DNA from: Eledone cirrhosa
Lineage: Eukaryota
Direction: 5' to 3'
DNA: 64,000 nt
NCBI GenBank assembly: GCA_964016885.1
Contig: OZ024745.1
Span: 39,866,001 to 39,930,000, forward strand
The notes under the pieces are model-generated. The model saw nothing but the letters and a program-made list of their open reading frames with translations, had not been told where the DNA came from and did not search any database. Position numbers and translations under genes: made by a program. Below, in pieces: positions 1-15,000 of the stretch (within the stretch, counting starts at the first letter, position 1; the number at the start of each line of letters is the position of its first letter).

Positions 1-3000
1 AAAGCATATAACGATATGTGCTTTTACGATTCTCTAGAGAGGCCGGAAGATAGGTAAATATTGCTGATGAGTTGTAACAACAACGAAACTAGTTCAATAT
101 TCCTTGTCTGGCTTTCTGGAGAATAGAGGAAAGGTGTTTCCTCAAAAACCAGTATGACTCTAAAAACCGGTTTGTCTGTGTGTTTACATACAGAATAGCT
201 GGCCACTCACAGTAAAGTGACCAGTGAAAAAACTTGGTACATCTACATATGTATACGTGTGTGTATTCATATACATACTAGTATTTCAGTATACATATAT
301 GGATGTACATCTTTAACTTAATTGTTTAAGCGTCAGTCATACAAAAGTGAGTTACAAACGAAACGAAATTTAATTTCGTTTCGTTATTTGTTTTTATCGT
401 CTCCGTTGAACCGGTACTTACTCACACTCTATGCAAATTAGTCTGCCCACTACTAATTATCATAGAAAAAGCATATAACGATATGTGCTTTTACGATTCT
501 CCAGAGAGGCCGGAAGATAGGTAAATATTGCTGATGAGTTGTAACAACAACGAAACTAGTTCAATATTCCTTGTCTGGCTTTCTGGAGAATAGAGGAAAG
601 GTGTTTCCTCAAAAACCAGTATGACTCTAAAAACCGGTTTGTCTGTGTGTTTACATACAGAATAGCTGGCCACTCACAGTAAAGTGACCAGTGAAAAAAC
701 TTGGTACATCTACATATGTATACGTGTGTGTATTCATATACATACTAGTATTTCAGTATACATATATGGATGTACATCTTTAACTTAATTGTTTAAGCGT
801 CAGTCATACAAAAGTGAGTTACAAACGAAACGAAATTTTATTTCGTTTCGTTATTTGTTTTTATCGTCTCCGTTGAACCGGTACTTACTCACACTCTATG
901 CAAATTAGTCTGCCCACTACTAATTATCATAGAAAAAGCATATAACGATATGTGCTTTTACGATTCTCCAGAGAGGCCGGAAGATAGGTAAATATTGCTG
1001 ATGAGTTGTAACAACAACGAAACTAGTTCAATATTCCTTGTCTGGCTTTCTGGAGAATAGAGGAAAGGTGTTTCCTCAAAAACCAGTATGACTCTAAAAA
1101 CCGGTTTGTCTGTGTGTTTACATACAGAATAGCTGGCCACGCACAGTAAAGTGACCAGTGAAAAAACTTGGTACATCTACATATGTATACGTGTGTGTAT
1201 TCATATACATACTAGTATTTCAGTATACATATATGGATGTACATCTTTAACTTAATTGTTTAAGCGTCAGTCATACAAAAGTGAGTTACAAACGAAACGA
1301 AATTTAATTTCGTTTCGTTATTTGTTTTTATCGTCTCCGTTGAACCGGTACTTACTCACACTCTATGCAAATTAGTCTGCCCACTACTAATTATCATAGA
1401 AAAAGCATATAACGATATGTGCTTTTACGATTCTCCAGAGAGGCCGGAAGATAGGTAAATATTGCTGATGAGTTGTAACAACAACGAAACTAGTTCAATA
1501 TTCCTTGTCTGGCTTTCTGGAGAATAGAGGAAAGGTGTTTCCTCAAAAACCAGTATGACTCTAAAAACCGGTTTGTCTGTGTGTTTACATACAGAATAGC
1601 TGGCCACGCACAGTAAAGTGACCAGTGAAAAAACTTGGTACATCTACATATGTATACGTGTGTGTATTCATATACATACTAGTATTTCAGTATACATATA
1701 TGGATGTACATCTTTAACTTAATTGTTTAAGCGTCAGTCATACAAAAGTGAGTTACAAACGAAACGAAATTTAATTTCGTTTCGTTATTTGTTTTCATCG
1801 TCTCCGTTGAACCGGTACTTACTCACACTCTATGCAAATTAGTCTGCCCACTACTAATTATCATAGAAAAAGCATATAACGATATGTGCTTTTACGATTC
1901 TCTAGAGAGGCCGGAAGATAGGTAAATATTGCTGATGAGTTGTAACAACAACGAAACTAGTTCAATATTCCTTGTCTGGCTTTCTGGAGAATAGAGGAAA
2001 GGTGTTTCCTCAAAAACCAGTATGACTCTAAAAACCGGTTTGTCTGTGTGTTTACATACAGAATAGCTGGCCACTCACAGTAAAGTGACCAGTGAAAAAA
2101 CTTGGTACATCTACATATGTATACGTGTGTGTATTCATATACATACTAGTATTTCAGTATACATATATGGATGTACATCTTTAACTTAATTGTTTAAGCG
2201 TCAGTCATACAAAAGTGAGTTACAAACGAAACGAAATTTTATTTCGTTTCGTTATTTGTTTTTATCGTCTCCGTTGAACCGGTACTTACTCACACTCTAT
2301 GCAAATTAGTCTGCCCACTACTAATTATCATAGAAAAAGCATATAACGATATGTGCTTTTACGATTCTCCAGAGAGGCCGGAAGATAGGTAAATATTGCT
2401 GATGAGTTGTAACAACAACGAAACTAGTTCAATATTCCTTGTCTGGCTTTCTGGAGAATAGAGGAAAGGTGTTTCCTCAAAAACCAGTATGACTCTAAAA
2501 ACCGGTTTGTCTGTGTGTTTACATACAGAATAGCTGGCCACGCACAGTAAAGTGACCAGTGAAAAAACTTGGTACATCTACATATGTATACGTGTGTGTA
2601 TTCATATACATACTAGTATTTCAGTATACATATATGGATGTACATCTTTAACTTAATTGTTTAAGCGTCAGTCATACAAAAGTGAGTTACAAACGAAACG
2701 AAATTTAATTTCGTTTCGTTATTTGTTTTCATCGTCTCCGTTGAACCGGTACTTACTCACACTCTATGCAAATTAGTCTGCCCACTACTAATTATCATAG
2801 AAAAAGCATATAACGATATGTGCTTTTACGATTCTCTAGAGAGGCCGGAAGATAGGTAAATATTGCTGATGAGTTGTAACAACAACGAAACTAGTTCAAT
2901 ATTCCTTGTCTGGCTTTCTGGAGAATAGAGGAAAGGTGTTTCCTCAAAAACCAGTATGACTCTAAAAACCGGTTTGTCTGTGTGTTTACATACAGAATAG

Positions 3001-6000
3001 CTGGCCACTCACAGTAAAGTGACCAGTGAAAAAACTTGGTACATCTACATATGTATACGTGTGTGTATTCATATACATACTAGTATTTCAGTATACATAT
3101 ATGGATGTACATCTTTAACTTAATTGTTTAAGCGTCAGTCATACAAAAGTGAGTTACAAACGAAACGAAATTTTATTTCGTTTCGTTATTTGTTTTTATC
3201 GTCTCCGTTGAACCGGTACTTACTCACACTCTATGCAAATTAGTCTGCCCACTACTAATTATCATAGAAAAAGCATATAACGATATGTGCTTTTACGATT
3301 CTCCAGAGAGGCCGGAAGATAGGTAAATATTGCTGATGAGTTGTAACAACAACGAAACTAGTTCAATATTCCTTGTCTGGCTTTCTGGAGAATAGAGGAA
3401 AGGTGTTTCCTCAAAAACCAGTATGACTCTAAAAACCGGTTTGTCTGTGTGTTTACATACAGAATAGCTGGCCACGCACAGTAAAGTGACCAGTGAAAAA
3501 ACTTGGTACATCTACATATGTATACGTGTGTGTATTCATATACATACTAGTATTTCAGTATACATATATGGATGTACATCTTTAACTTAATTGTTTAAGC
3601 GTCAGTCATACAAAAGTGAGTTACAAACGAAACGAAATTTAATTTCGTTTCGTTATTTGTTTTTATCGTCTCCGTTGAACCGGTACTTACTCACACTCTA
3701 TGCAAATTAGTCTGCCCACTACTAATTATCATAGAAAAAGCATATAACGATATGTGCTTTTACGATTCTCCAGAGAGGCCGGAAGATAGGTAAATATTGC
3801 TGATGAGTTGTAACAACAACGAAACTAGTTCAATATTCCTTGTCTGGCTTTCTGGAGAATAGAGGAAAGGTGTTTCCTCAAAAACCAGTATGACTCTAAA
3901 AACCGGTTTGTCTGTGTGTTTACATACAGAATAGCTGGCCACGCACAGTAAAGTGACCAGTGAAAAAACTTGGTACATCTACATATGTATACGTGTGTGT
4001 ATTCATATACATACTAGTATTTCAGTATACATATATGGATGTACATCTTTAACTTAATTGTTTAAGCGTCAGTCATACAAAAGTGAGTTACAAACGAAAC
4101 GAAATTTAATTTCGTTTCGTTATTTGTTTTCATCGTCTCCGTTGAACCGGTACTTACTCACACTCTATGCAAATTAGTCTGCCCACTACTAATTATCATA
4201 GAAAAAGCATATAACGATATGTGCTTTTACGATTCTCTAGAGAGGCCGGAAGATAGGTAAATATTGCTGATGAGTTGTAACAACAACGAAACTAGTTCAA
4301 TATTCCTTGTCTGGCTTTCTGGAGAATAGAGGAAAGGTGTTTCCTCAAAAACCAGTATGACTCTAAAAACCGGTTTGTCTGTGTGTTTACATACAGAATA
4401 GCTGGCCACTCACAGTAAAGTGACCAGTGAAAAAACTTGGTACATCTACATATGTATACGTGTGTGTATTCATATACATACTAGTATTTCAGTATACATA
4501 TATGGATGTACATCTTTAACTTAATTGTTTAAGCGTCAGTCATACAAAAGTGAGTTACAAACGAAACGAAATTTTATTTCGTTTCGTTATTTGTTTTTAT
4601 CGTCTCCGTTGAACCGGTACTTACTCACACTCTATGCAAATTAGTCTGCCCACTACTAATTATCATAGAAAAAGCATATAACGATATGTGCTTTTACGAT
4701 TCTCCAGAGAGGCCGGAAGATAGGTAAATATTGCTGATGAGTTGTAACAACAACGAAACTAGTTCAATATTCCTTGTCTGGCTTTCTGGAGAATAGAGGA
4801 AAGGTGTTTCCTCAAAAACCAGTATGACTCTAAAAACCGGTTTGTCTGTGTGTTTACATACAGAATAGCTGGCCACGCACAGTAAAGTGACCAGTGAAAA
4901 AACTTGGTACATCTACATATGTATACGTGTGTGTATTCATATACATACTAGTATTTCAGTATACATATATGGATGTACATCTTTAACTTAATTGTTTAAG
5001 CGTCAGTCATACAAAAGTGAGTTACAAACGAAACGAAATTTAATTTCGTTTCGTTATTTGTTTTCATCGTCTCCGTTGAACCGGTACTTACTCACACTCT
5101 ATGCAAATTAGTCTGCCCACTACTAATTATCATAGAAAAAGCATATAACGATATGTGCTTTTACGATTCTCTAGAGAGGCCGGAAGATAGGTAAATATTG
5201 CTGATGAGTTGTAACAACAACGAAACTAGTTCAATATTCCTTGTCTGGCTTTCTGGAGAATAGAGGAAAGGTGTTTCCTCAAAAACCAGTATGACTCTAA
5301 AAACCGGTTTGTCTGTGTGTTTACATACAGAATAGCTGGCCACTCACAGTAAAGTGACCAGTGAAAAAACTTGGTACATCTACATATGTATACGTGTGTG
5401 TATTCATATACATACTAGTATTTCAGTATACATATATGGATGTACATCTTTAACTTAATTGTTTAAGCGTCAGTCATACAAAAGTGAGTTACAAACGAAA
5501 CGAAATTTAATTTCGTTTCGTTATTTGTTTTTATCGTCTCCGTTGAACCGGTACTTACTCACACTCTATGCAAATTAGTCTGCCCACTACTAATTATCAT
5601 AGAAAAAGCATATAACGATATGTGCTTTTACGATTCTCTAGAGAGGCCGGAAGATAGGTAAATATTGCTGATGAGTTGTAACAACAACGAAACTAGTTCA
5701 ATATTCCTTGTCTGGCTTTCTGGAGAATAGAGGAAAGGTGTTTCCTCAAAAACCAGTATGACTCTAAAAACCGGTTTGTCTGTGTGTTTACATACAGAAT
5801 AGCTGGCCACTCACAGTAAAGTGACCAGTGAAAAAACTTGGTACATCTACATATGTATACGTGTGTGTATTCATATACATACTAGTATTTCAGTATACAT
5901 ATATGGATGTACATCTTTAACTTAATTGTTTAAGCGTCAGTCATACAAAAGTGAGTTACAAACGAAACGAAATTTAATTTCGTTTCGTTATTTGTTTTTA

Positions 6001-9000
6001 TCGTCTCCGTTGAACCGGTACTTACTCACACTCTATGCAAATTAGTCTGCCCACTACTAATTATCATAGAAAAAGCATATAACGATATGTGCTTTTACGA
6101 TTCTCTAGAGAGGCCGGAAGATAGGTAAATATTGCTGATGAGTTGTAACAACAACGAAACTAGTTCAATATTCCTTGTCTGGCTTTCTGGAGAATAGAGG
6201 AAAGGTGTTTCCTCAAAAACCAGTATGACTCTAAAAACCGGTTTGTCTGTGTGTTTACATACAGAATAGCTGGCCACTCACAGTAAAGTGACCAGTGAAA
6301 AAACTTGGTACATCTACATATGTATACGTGTGTGTATTCATATACATACTAGTATTTCAGTATACATATATGGATGTACATCTTTAACTTAATTGTTTAA
6401 GCGTCAGTCATACAAAAGTGAGTTACAAACGAAACGAAATTTAATTTCGTTTCGTTATTTGTTTTTATCGTCTCCGTTGAACCGGTACTTACTCACACTC
6501 TATGCAAATTAGTCTGCCCACTACTAATTATCATAGAAAAAGCATATAACGATATGTGCTTTTACGATTCTCTAGAGAGGCCGGAAGATAGGTAAATATT
6601 GCTGATGAGTTGTAACAACAACGAAACTAGTTCAATATTCCTTGTCTGGCTTTCTGGAGAATAGAGGAAAGGTGTTTCCTCAAAAACCAGTATGACTCTA
6701 AAAACCGGTTTGTCTGTGTGTTTACATACAGAATAGCTGGCCACTCACAGTAAAGTGACCAGTGAAAAAACTTGGTACATCTACATATGTATACGTGTGT
6801 GTATTCATATACATACTAGTATTTCAGTATACATATATGGATGTACATCTTTAACTTAATTGTTTAAGCGTCAGTCATACAAAAGTGAGTTACAAACGAA
6901 ACGAAATTTAATTTCGTTTCGTTATTTGTTTTTATCGTCTCCGTTGAACCGGTACTTACTCACACTCTATGCAAATTAGTCTGCCCACTACTAATTATCA
7001 TAGAAAAAGCATATAACGATATGTGCTTTTACGATTCTCCAGAGAGGCCGGAAGATAGGTAAATATTGCTGATGAGTTGTAACAACAACGAAACTAGTTC
7101 AATATTCCTTGTCTGGCTTTCTGGAGAATAGAGGAAAGGTGTTTCCTCAAAAACCAGTATGACTCTAAAAACCGGTTTGTCTGTGTGTTTACATACAGAA
7201 TAGCTGGCCACTCACAGTAAAGTGACCAGTGAAAAAACTTGGTACATCTACATATGTATACGTGTGTGTATTCATATACATACTAGTATTTCAGTATACA
7301 TATATGGATGTACATCTTTAACTTAATTGTTTAAGCGTCAGTCATACAAAAGTGAGTTACAAACGAAACGAAATTTAATTTCGTTTCGTTATTTGTTTTT
7401 ATCGTCTCCGTTGAACCGGTACTTACTCACACTCTATGCAAATTAGTCTGCCCACTACTAATTATCATAGAAAAAGCATATAACGATATGTGCTTTTACG
7501 ATTCTCTAGAGAGGCCGGAAGATAGGTAAATATTGCTGATGAGTTGTAACAACAACGAAACTAGTTCAATATTCCTTGTCTGGCTTTCTGGAGAATAGAG
7601 GAAAGGTGTTTCCTCAAAAACCAGTATGACTCTAAAAACCGGTTTGTCTGTGTGTTTACATACAGAATAGCTGGCCACTCACAGTAAAGTGACCAGTGAA
7701 AAAACTTGGTACATCTACATATGTATACGTGTGTGTATTCATATACATACTAGTATTTCAGTATACATATATGGATGTACATCTTTAACTTAATTGTTTA
7801 AGCGTCAGTCATACAAAAGTGAGTTACAAACGAAACGAAATTTAATTTCGTTTCGTTATTTGTTTTTATCGTCTCCGTTGAACCGGTACTTACTCACACT
7901 CTATGCAAATTAGTCTGCCCACTACTAATTATCATAGAAAAAGCATATAACGATATGTGCTTTTACGATTCTCCAGAGAGGCCGGAAGATAGGTAAATAT
8001 TGCTGATGAGTTGTAACAACAACGAAACTAGTTCAATATTCCTTGTCTGGCTTTCTGGAGAATAGAGGAAAGGTGTTTCCTCAAAAACCAGTATGACTCT
8101 AAAAACCGGTTTGTCTGTGTGTTTACATACAGAATAGCTGGCCACGCACAGTAAAGTGACCAGTGAAAAAACTTGGTACATCTACATATGTATACGTGTG
8201 TGTATTCATATACATACTAGTATTTCAGTATACATATATGGATGTACATCTTTAACTTAATTGTTTAAGCGTCAGTCATACAAAAGTGAGTTACAAACGA
8301 AACGAAATTTAATTTCGTTTCGTTATTTGTTTTCATCGTCTCCGTTGAACCGGTACTTACTCACACTCTATGCAAATTAGTCTGCCCACTACTAATTATC
8401 ATAGAAAAAGCATATAACGATATGTGCTTTTACGATTCTCTAGAGAGGCCGGAAGATAGGTAAATATTGCTGATGAGTTGTAACAACAACGAAACTAGTT
8501 CAATATTCCTTGTCTGGCTTTCTGGAGAATAGAGGAAAGGTGTTTCCTCAAAAACCAGTATGACTCTAAAAACCGGTTTGTCTGTGTGTTTACATACAGA
8601 ATAGCTGGCCACTCACAGTAAAGTGACCAGTGAAAAAACTTGGTACATCTACATATGTATACGTGTGTGTATTCATATACATACTAGTATTTCAGTATAC
8701 ATATATGGATGTACATCTTTAACTTAATTGTTTAAGCGTCAGTCATACAAAAGTGAGTTACAAACGAAACGAAATTTAATTTCGTTTCGTTATTTGTTTT
8801 TATCGTCTCCGTTGAACCGGTACTTACTCACACTCTATGCAAATTAGTCTGCCCACTACTAATTATCATAGAAAAAGCATATAACGATATGTGCTTTTAC
8901 GATTCTCCAGAGAGGCCGGAAGATAGGTAAATATTGCTGATGAGTTGTAACAACAACGAAACTAGTTCAATATTCCTTGTCTGGCTTTCTGGAGAATAGA

Positions 9001-12000
9001 GGAAAGGTGTTTCCTCAAAAACCAGTATGACTCTAAAAACCGGTTTGTCTGTGTGTTTACATACAGAATAGCTGGCCACGCACAGTAAAGTGACCAGTGA
9101 AAAAACTTGGTACATCTACATATGTATACGTGTGTGTATTCATATACATACTAGTATTTCAGTATACATATATGGATGTACATCTTTAGCTTAATTGTTT
9201 AAGCGTCAGTCATACAAAAGTGAGTTACAAACGAAACGAAATTTAATTTCGTTTCGTTATTTGTTTTCATCGTCTCCGTTGAACCGGTACTTACTCACAC
9301 TCTATGCAAATTAGTCTGCCCACTACTAATTATCATAGAAAAAGCATATAACGATATGTGCTTTTACGATTCTCTAGAGAGGCCGGAAGATAGGTAAATA
9401 TTGCTGATGAGTTGTAACAACAACGAAACTAGTTCAATATTCCTTGTCTGGCTTTCTGGAGAATAGAGGAAAGGTGTTTCCTCAAAAACCAGTATGACTC
9501 TAAAAACCGGTTTGTCTGTGTGTTTACATACAGAATAGCTGGCCACTCACAGTAAAGTGACCAGTGAAAAAACTTGGTACATCTACATATGTATACGTGT
9601 GTGTATTCATATACATACTAGTATTTCAGTATACATATATGGATGTACATCTTTAACTTAATTGTTTAAGCGTCAGTCATACAAAAGTGAGTTACAAACG
9701 AAACGAAATTTAATTTCGTTTCGTTATTTGTTTTTATCGTCTCCGTTGAACCGGTACTTACTCACACTCTATGCAAATTAGTCTGCCCACTACTAATTAT
9801 CATAGAAAAAGCATATAACGATATGTGCTTTTACGATTCTCCAGAGAGGCCGGAAGATAGGTAAATATTGCTGATGTGTTGTAACAACAACGAAACTAGT
9901 TCAATATTCCTTGTCTGGCTTTCTGGAGAATAGAGGAAAGGTGTTTCCTCAAAAACCAGTATGACTCTAAAAACCGGTTTGTCTGTGTGTTTACATACAG
10001 AATAGCTGGCCACGCACAGTAAAGTGACCAGTGAAAAAACTTGGTACATCTACATATGTATACGTGTGTGTATTCATATACATACTAGTATTTCAGTATA
10101 CATATATGGATGTACATCTTTAACTTAATTGTTTAAGCGTCAGTCATACAAAAGTGAGTTACAAACGAAACGAAATTTAATTTCGTTTCGTTATTTGTTT
10201 TCATCGTCTCCGTTGAACCGGTACTTACTCACACTCTATGCAAATTAGTCTGCCCACTACTAATTATCATAGAAAAAGCATATAACGATATGTGCTTTTA
10301 CGATTCTCTAGAGAGGCCGGAAGATAGGTAAATATTGCTGATGAGTTGTAACAACAACGAAACTAGTTCAATATTCCTTGTCTGGCTTTCTGGAGAATAG
10401 AGGAAAGGTGTTTCCTCAAAAACCAGTATGACTCTAAAAACCGGTTTGTCTGTGTGTTTACATACAGAATAGCTGGCCACTCACAGTAAAGTGACCAGTG
10501 AAAAAACTTGGTACATCTACATATGTATACGTGTGTGTATTCATATACATACTAGTATTTCAGTATACATATATGGATGTACATCTTTAACTTAATTGTT
10601 TAAGCGTCAGTCATACAAAAGTGAGTTACAAACGAAACGAAATTTAATTTCGTTTCGTTATTTGTTTTTATCGTCTCCGTTGAACCGGTACTTACTCACA
10701 CTCTATGCAAATTAGTCTGCCCACTACTAATTATCATAGAAAAAGCATATAACGATATGTGCTTTTACGATTCTCTAGAGAGGCCGGAAGATAGGTAAAT
10801 ATTGCTGATGAGTTGTAACAACAACGAAACTAGTTCAATATTCCTTGTCTGGCTTTCTGGAGAATAGAGGAAAGGTGTTTCCTCAAAAACCAGTATGACT
10901 CTAAAAACCGGTTTGTCTGTGTGTTTACATACAGAATAGCTGGCCACTCACAGTAAAGTGACCAGTGAAAAAACTTGGTACATCTACATATGTATACGTG
11001 TGTGTATTCATATACATACTAGTATTTCAGTATACATATATGGATGTACATCTTTAACTTAATTGTTTAAGCGTCAGTCATACAAAAGTGAGTTACAAAC
11101 GAAACGAAATTTAATTTCGTTTCGTTATTTGTTTTTATCGTCTCCGTTGAACCGGTACTTACTCACACTCTATGCAAATTAGTCTGCCCACTACTAATTA
11201 TCATAGAAAAAGCATATAACGATATGTGCTTTTACGATTCTCCAGAGAGGCCGGAAGATAGGTAAATATTGCTGATGAGTTGTAACAACAACGAAACTAG
11301 TTCAATATTCCTTGTCTGGCTTTCTGGAGAATAGAGGAAAGGTGTTTCCTCAAAAACCAGTATGACTCTAAAAACCGGTTTGTCTGTGTGTTTACATACA
11401 GAATAGCTGGCCACGCACAGTAAAGTGACCAGTGAAAAAACTTGGTACATCTACATATGTATACGTGTGTGTATTCATATTCATACTAGTATTTCAGTAT
11501 ACATATATGGATGTACATCTTTAGCTTAATTGTTTAAGCGTCAGTCATACAAAAGTGAGTTACAAACGAAACGAAATTTAATTTCGTTTCGTTATTTGTT
11601 TTCATCGTCTCCGTTGAACCGGTACTTACTCACACTCTATGCAAATTAGTCTGCCCACTACTAATTATCATAGAAAAAGCATATAACGATATGTGCTTTT
11701 ACGATTCTCTAGAGAGGCCGGAAGATAGGTAAATATTGCTGATGAGTTGTAACAACAACGAAACTAGTTCAATATTCCTTGTCTGGCTTTCTGGAGAATA
11801 GAGGAAAGGTGTTTCCTCAAAAACCAGTATGACTCTAAAAACCGGTTTGTCTGTGTGTTTACATACAGAATAGCTGGCCACTCACAGTAAAGTGACCAGT
11901 GAAAAAACTTGGTACATCTACATATGTATACGTGTGTGTATTCATATACATACTAGTATTTCAGTATACATATATGGATGTACATCTTTAACTTAATTGT

Positions 12001-15000
12001 TTAAGCGTCAGTCATACAAAAGTGAGTTACAAACGAAACGAAATTTAATTTCGTTTCGTTATTTGTTTTTATCGTCTCCGTTGAACCGGTACTTACTCAC
12101 ACTCTATGCAAATTAGTCTGCCCACTACTAATTATCATAGAAAAAGCATATAACGATATGTGCTTTTACGATTCTCCAGAGAGGCCGGAAGATAGGTAAA
12201 TATTGCTGATGTGTTGTAACAACAACGAAACTAGTTCAATATTCCTTGTCTGGCTTTCTGGAGAATAGAGGAAAGGTGTTTCCTCAAAAACCAGTATGAC
12301 TCTAAAAACCGGTTTGTCTGTGTGTTTACATACAGAATAGCTGGCCACGCACAGTAAAGTGACCAGTGAAAAAACTTGGTACATCTACATATGTATACGT
12401 GTGTGTATTCATATACATACTAGTATTTCAGTATACATATATGGATGTACATCTTTAACTTAATTGTTTAAGCGTCAGTCATACAAAAGTGAGTTACAAA
12501 CGAAACGAAATTTAATTTCGTTTCGTTATTTGTTTTCATCGTCTCCGTTGAACCGGTACTTACTCACACTCTATGCAAATTAGTCTGCCCACTACTAATT
12601 ATCATAGAAAAAGCATATAACGATATGTGCTTTTACGATTCTCTAGAGAGGCCGGAAGATAGGTAAATATTGCTGATGAGTTGTAACAACAACGAAACTA
12701 GTTCAATATTCCTTGTCTGGCTTTCTGGAGAATAGAGGAAAGGTGTTTCCTCAAAAACCAGTATGACTCTAAAAACCGGTTTGTCTGTGTGTTTACATAC
12801 AGAATAGCTGGCCACTCACAGTAAAGTGACCAGTGAAAAAACTTGGTACATCTACATATGTATACGTGTGTGTATTCATATACATACTAGTATTTCAGTA
12901 TACATATATGGATGTACATCTTTAACTTAATTGTTTAAGCGTCAGTCATACAAAAGTGAGTTACAAACGAAACGAAATTTAATTTCGTTTCGTTATTTGT
13001 TTTTATCGTCTCCGTTGAACCGGTACTTACTCACACTCTATGCAAATTAGTCTGCCCACTACTAATTATCATAGAAAAAGCATATAACGATATGTGCTTT
13101 TACGATTCTCTAGAGAGGCCGGAAGATAGGTAAATATTGCTGATGAGTTGTAACAACAACGAAACTAGTTCAATATTCCTTGTCTGGCTTTCTGGAGAAT
13201 AGAGGAAAGGTGTTTCCTCAAAAACCAGTATGACTCTAAAAACCGGTTTGTCTGTGTGTTTACATACAGAATAGCTGGCCACTCACAGTAAAGTGACCAG
13301 TGAAAAAACTTGGTACATCTACATATGTATACGTGTGTGTATTCATATACATACTAGTATTTCAGTATACATATATGGATGTACATCTTTAACTTAATTG
13401 TTTAAGCGTCAGTCATACAAAAGTGAGTTACAAACGAAACGAAATTTAATTTCGTTTCGTTATTTGTTTTTATCGTCTCCGTTGAACCGGTACTTACTCA
13501 CACTCTATGCAAATTAGTCTGCCCACTACTAATTATCATAGAAGCATATAACGATATGTGCTTTTACGATTCTCTAGAGAGGCCGGAAGATAGGTAAATA
13601 TTGCTGATGAGTTGTAACAACAACGAAAACTAGTTCTATATTCCTTGTCTGGCTTTCTGGAGAATAGAGGAAAGGTGTTTCCTCAAAAACCAGTATGACT
13701 CTAAAAACCGGTTTGTCTGTGTGTTTTACATACAGAATAGCTGGCCACTCACAGTAAAGTGACCAGTGAAAAAACTTGGTACATCTACATATGTATACGT
13801 GTGTGTATTCATATACATACTAGTATTTCAGTATACATATATGGATGTACATCTTTAACTTAATTGTTTAAGCGTCAGTCATACAAAAGTGATGTTACAA
13901 ACGAAACGAAATTTAATTTCGTTTCGTATTTGTTTTTATCGTCTCCGTTGAACCCGGTACTTACTCCACACTCTATGCAAATTAGTCTGCCCACTACTAA
14001 TTATCATAGAAAAAGCATATAACCGTATGTGCTTTTACGATTCTCCCAGAGAGGCCGGAAGATAGGTAAATATTGCTGATGAGTTGTAACAACAACGAAA
14101 CTAGTTCAATATTCCTTGTCTGGCTTTCTGGAGAATAGAGGAAAGGTGTTTCCTCAAAAACCAGGTATGACTCTAAAAACCGGTTTGTCTGTGTGTATAC
14201 ATACAGAATAGCTGGCCACGCACAGTAAAGTGACCATTGAAAAAACTTGGTACATCTACATATGTATACGTGTGTGTATTCATAATACATACTAGTATTT
14301 CAGTATACATATATGGATGTACATCTTTAACTTAATTGTTTAAGCGTCAGTCATACAAAAGTGAGTTACAAACGAAACGAAATTTAATTTCGTTTCGTTA
14401 TTTGTTTTCATCGTCTCCGTTGAACCGGTACTTACTCACACTCTATGCAAATTAGTCTGCCCACTACTAATTATCATAGAAAAAGCATATAACGATATGT
14501 GCTTTTACGATTCTCTAGAGAGGCCGGAAGATAGGTAAATATTGCTGATGAGTTGTAACAACAACGAAACTAGTTCAATATTCCTTGTCTGGCTTTCTGG
14601 AGAATAGAGGAAAGGTGTTTCCTCAAAAACCAGTATGACTCTAAAAACCGGTTTGTCTGTGTGTTTACATACAGAATAGCTGGCCACTCACAGTAAAGTG
14701 ACCAGTGAAAAAACTTGGTACATCTACATATGTATACGTGTGTGTATTCATATACATACTAGTATTTCAGTATACATATATGGATGTACATCTTTAACTT
14801 AATTGTTTAAGCGTCAGTCATACAAAAGTGAGTTACAAACGAAACGAAATTTAATTTCGTTTCGTTATTTGTTTTTATCGTCTCCGTTGAACCGGTACTT
14901 ACTCACACTCTATGCAAATTAGTCTGCCCACTACTAATTATCATAGAAAAAGCATATAACGATATGTGCTTTTACGATTCTCCAGAGAGGCCGGAAGATA

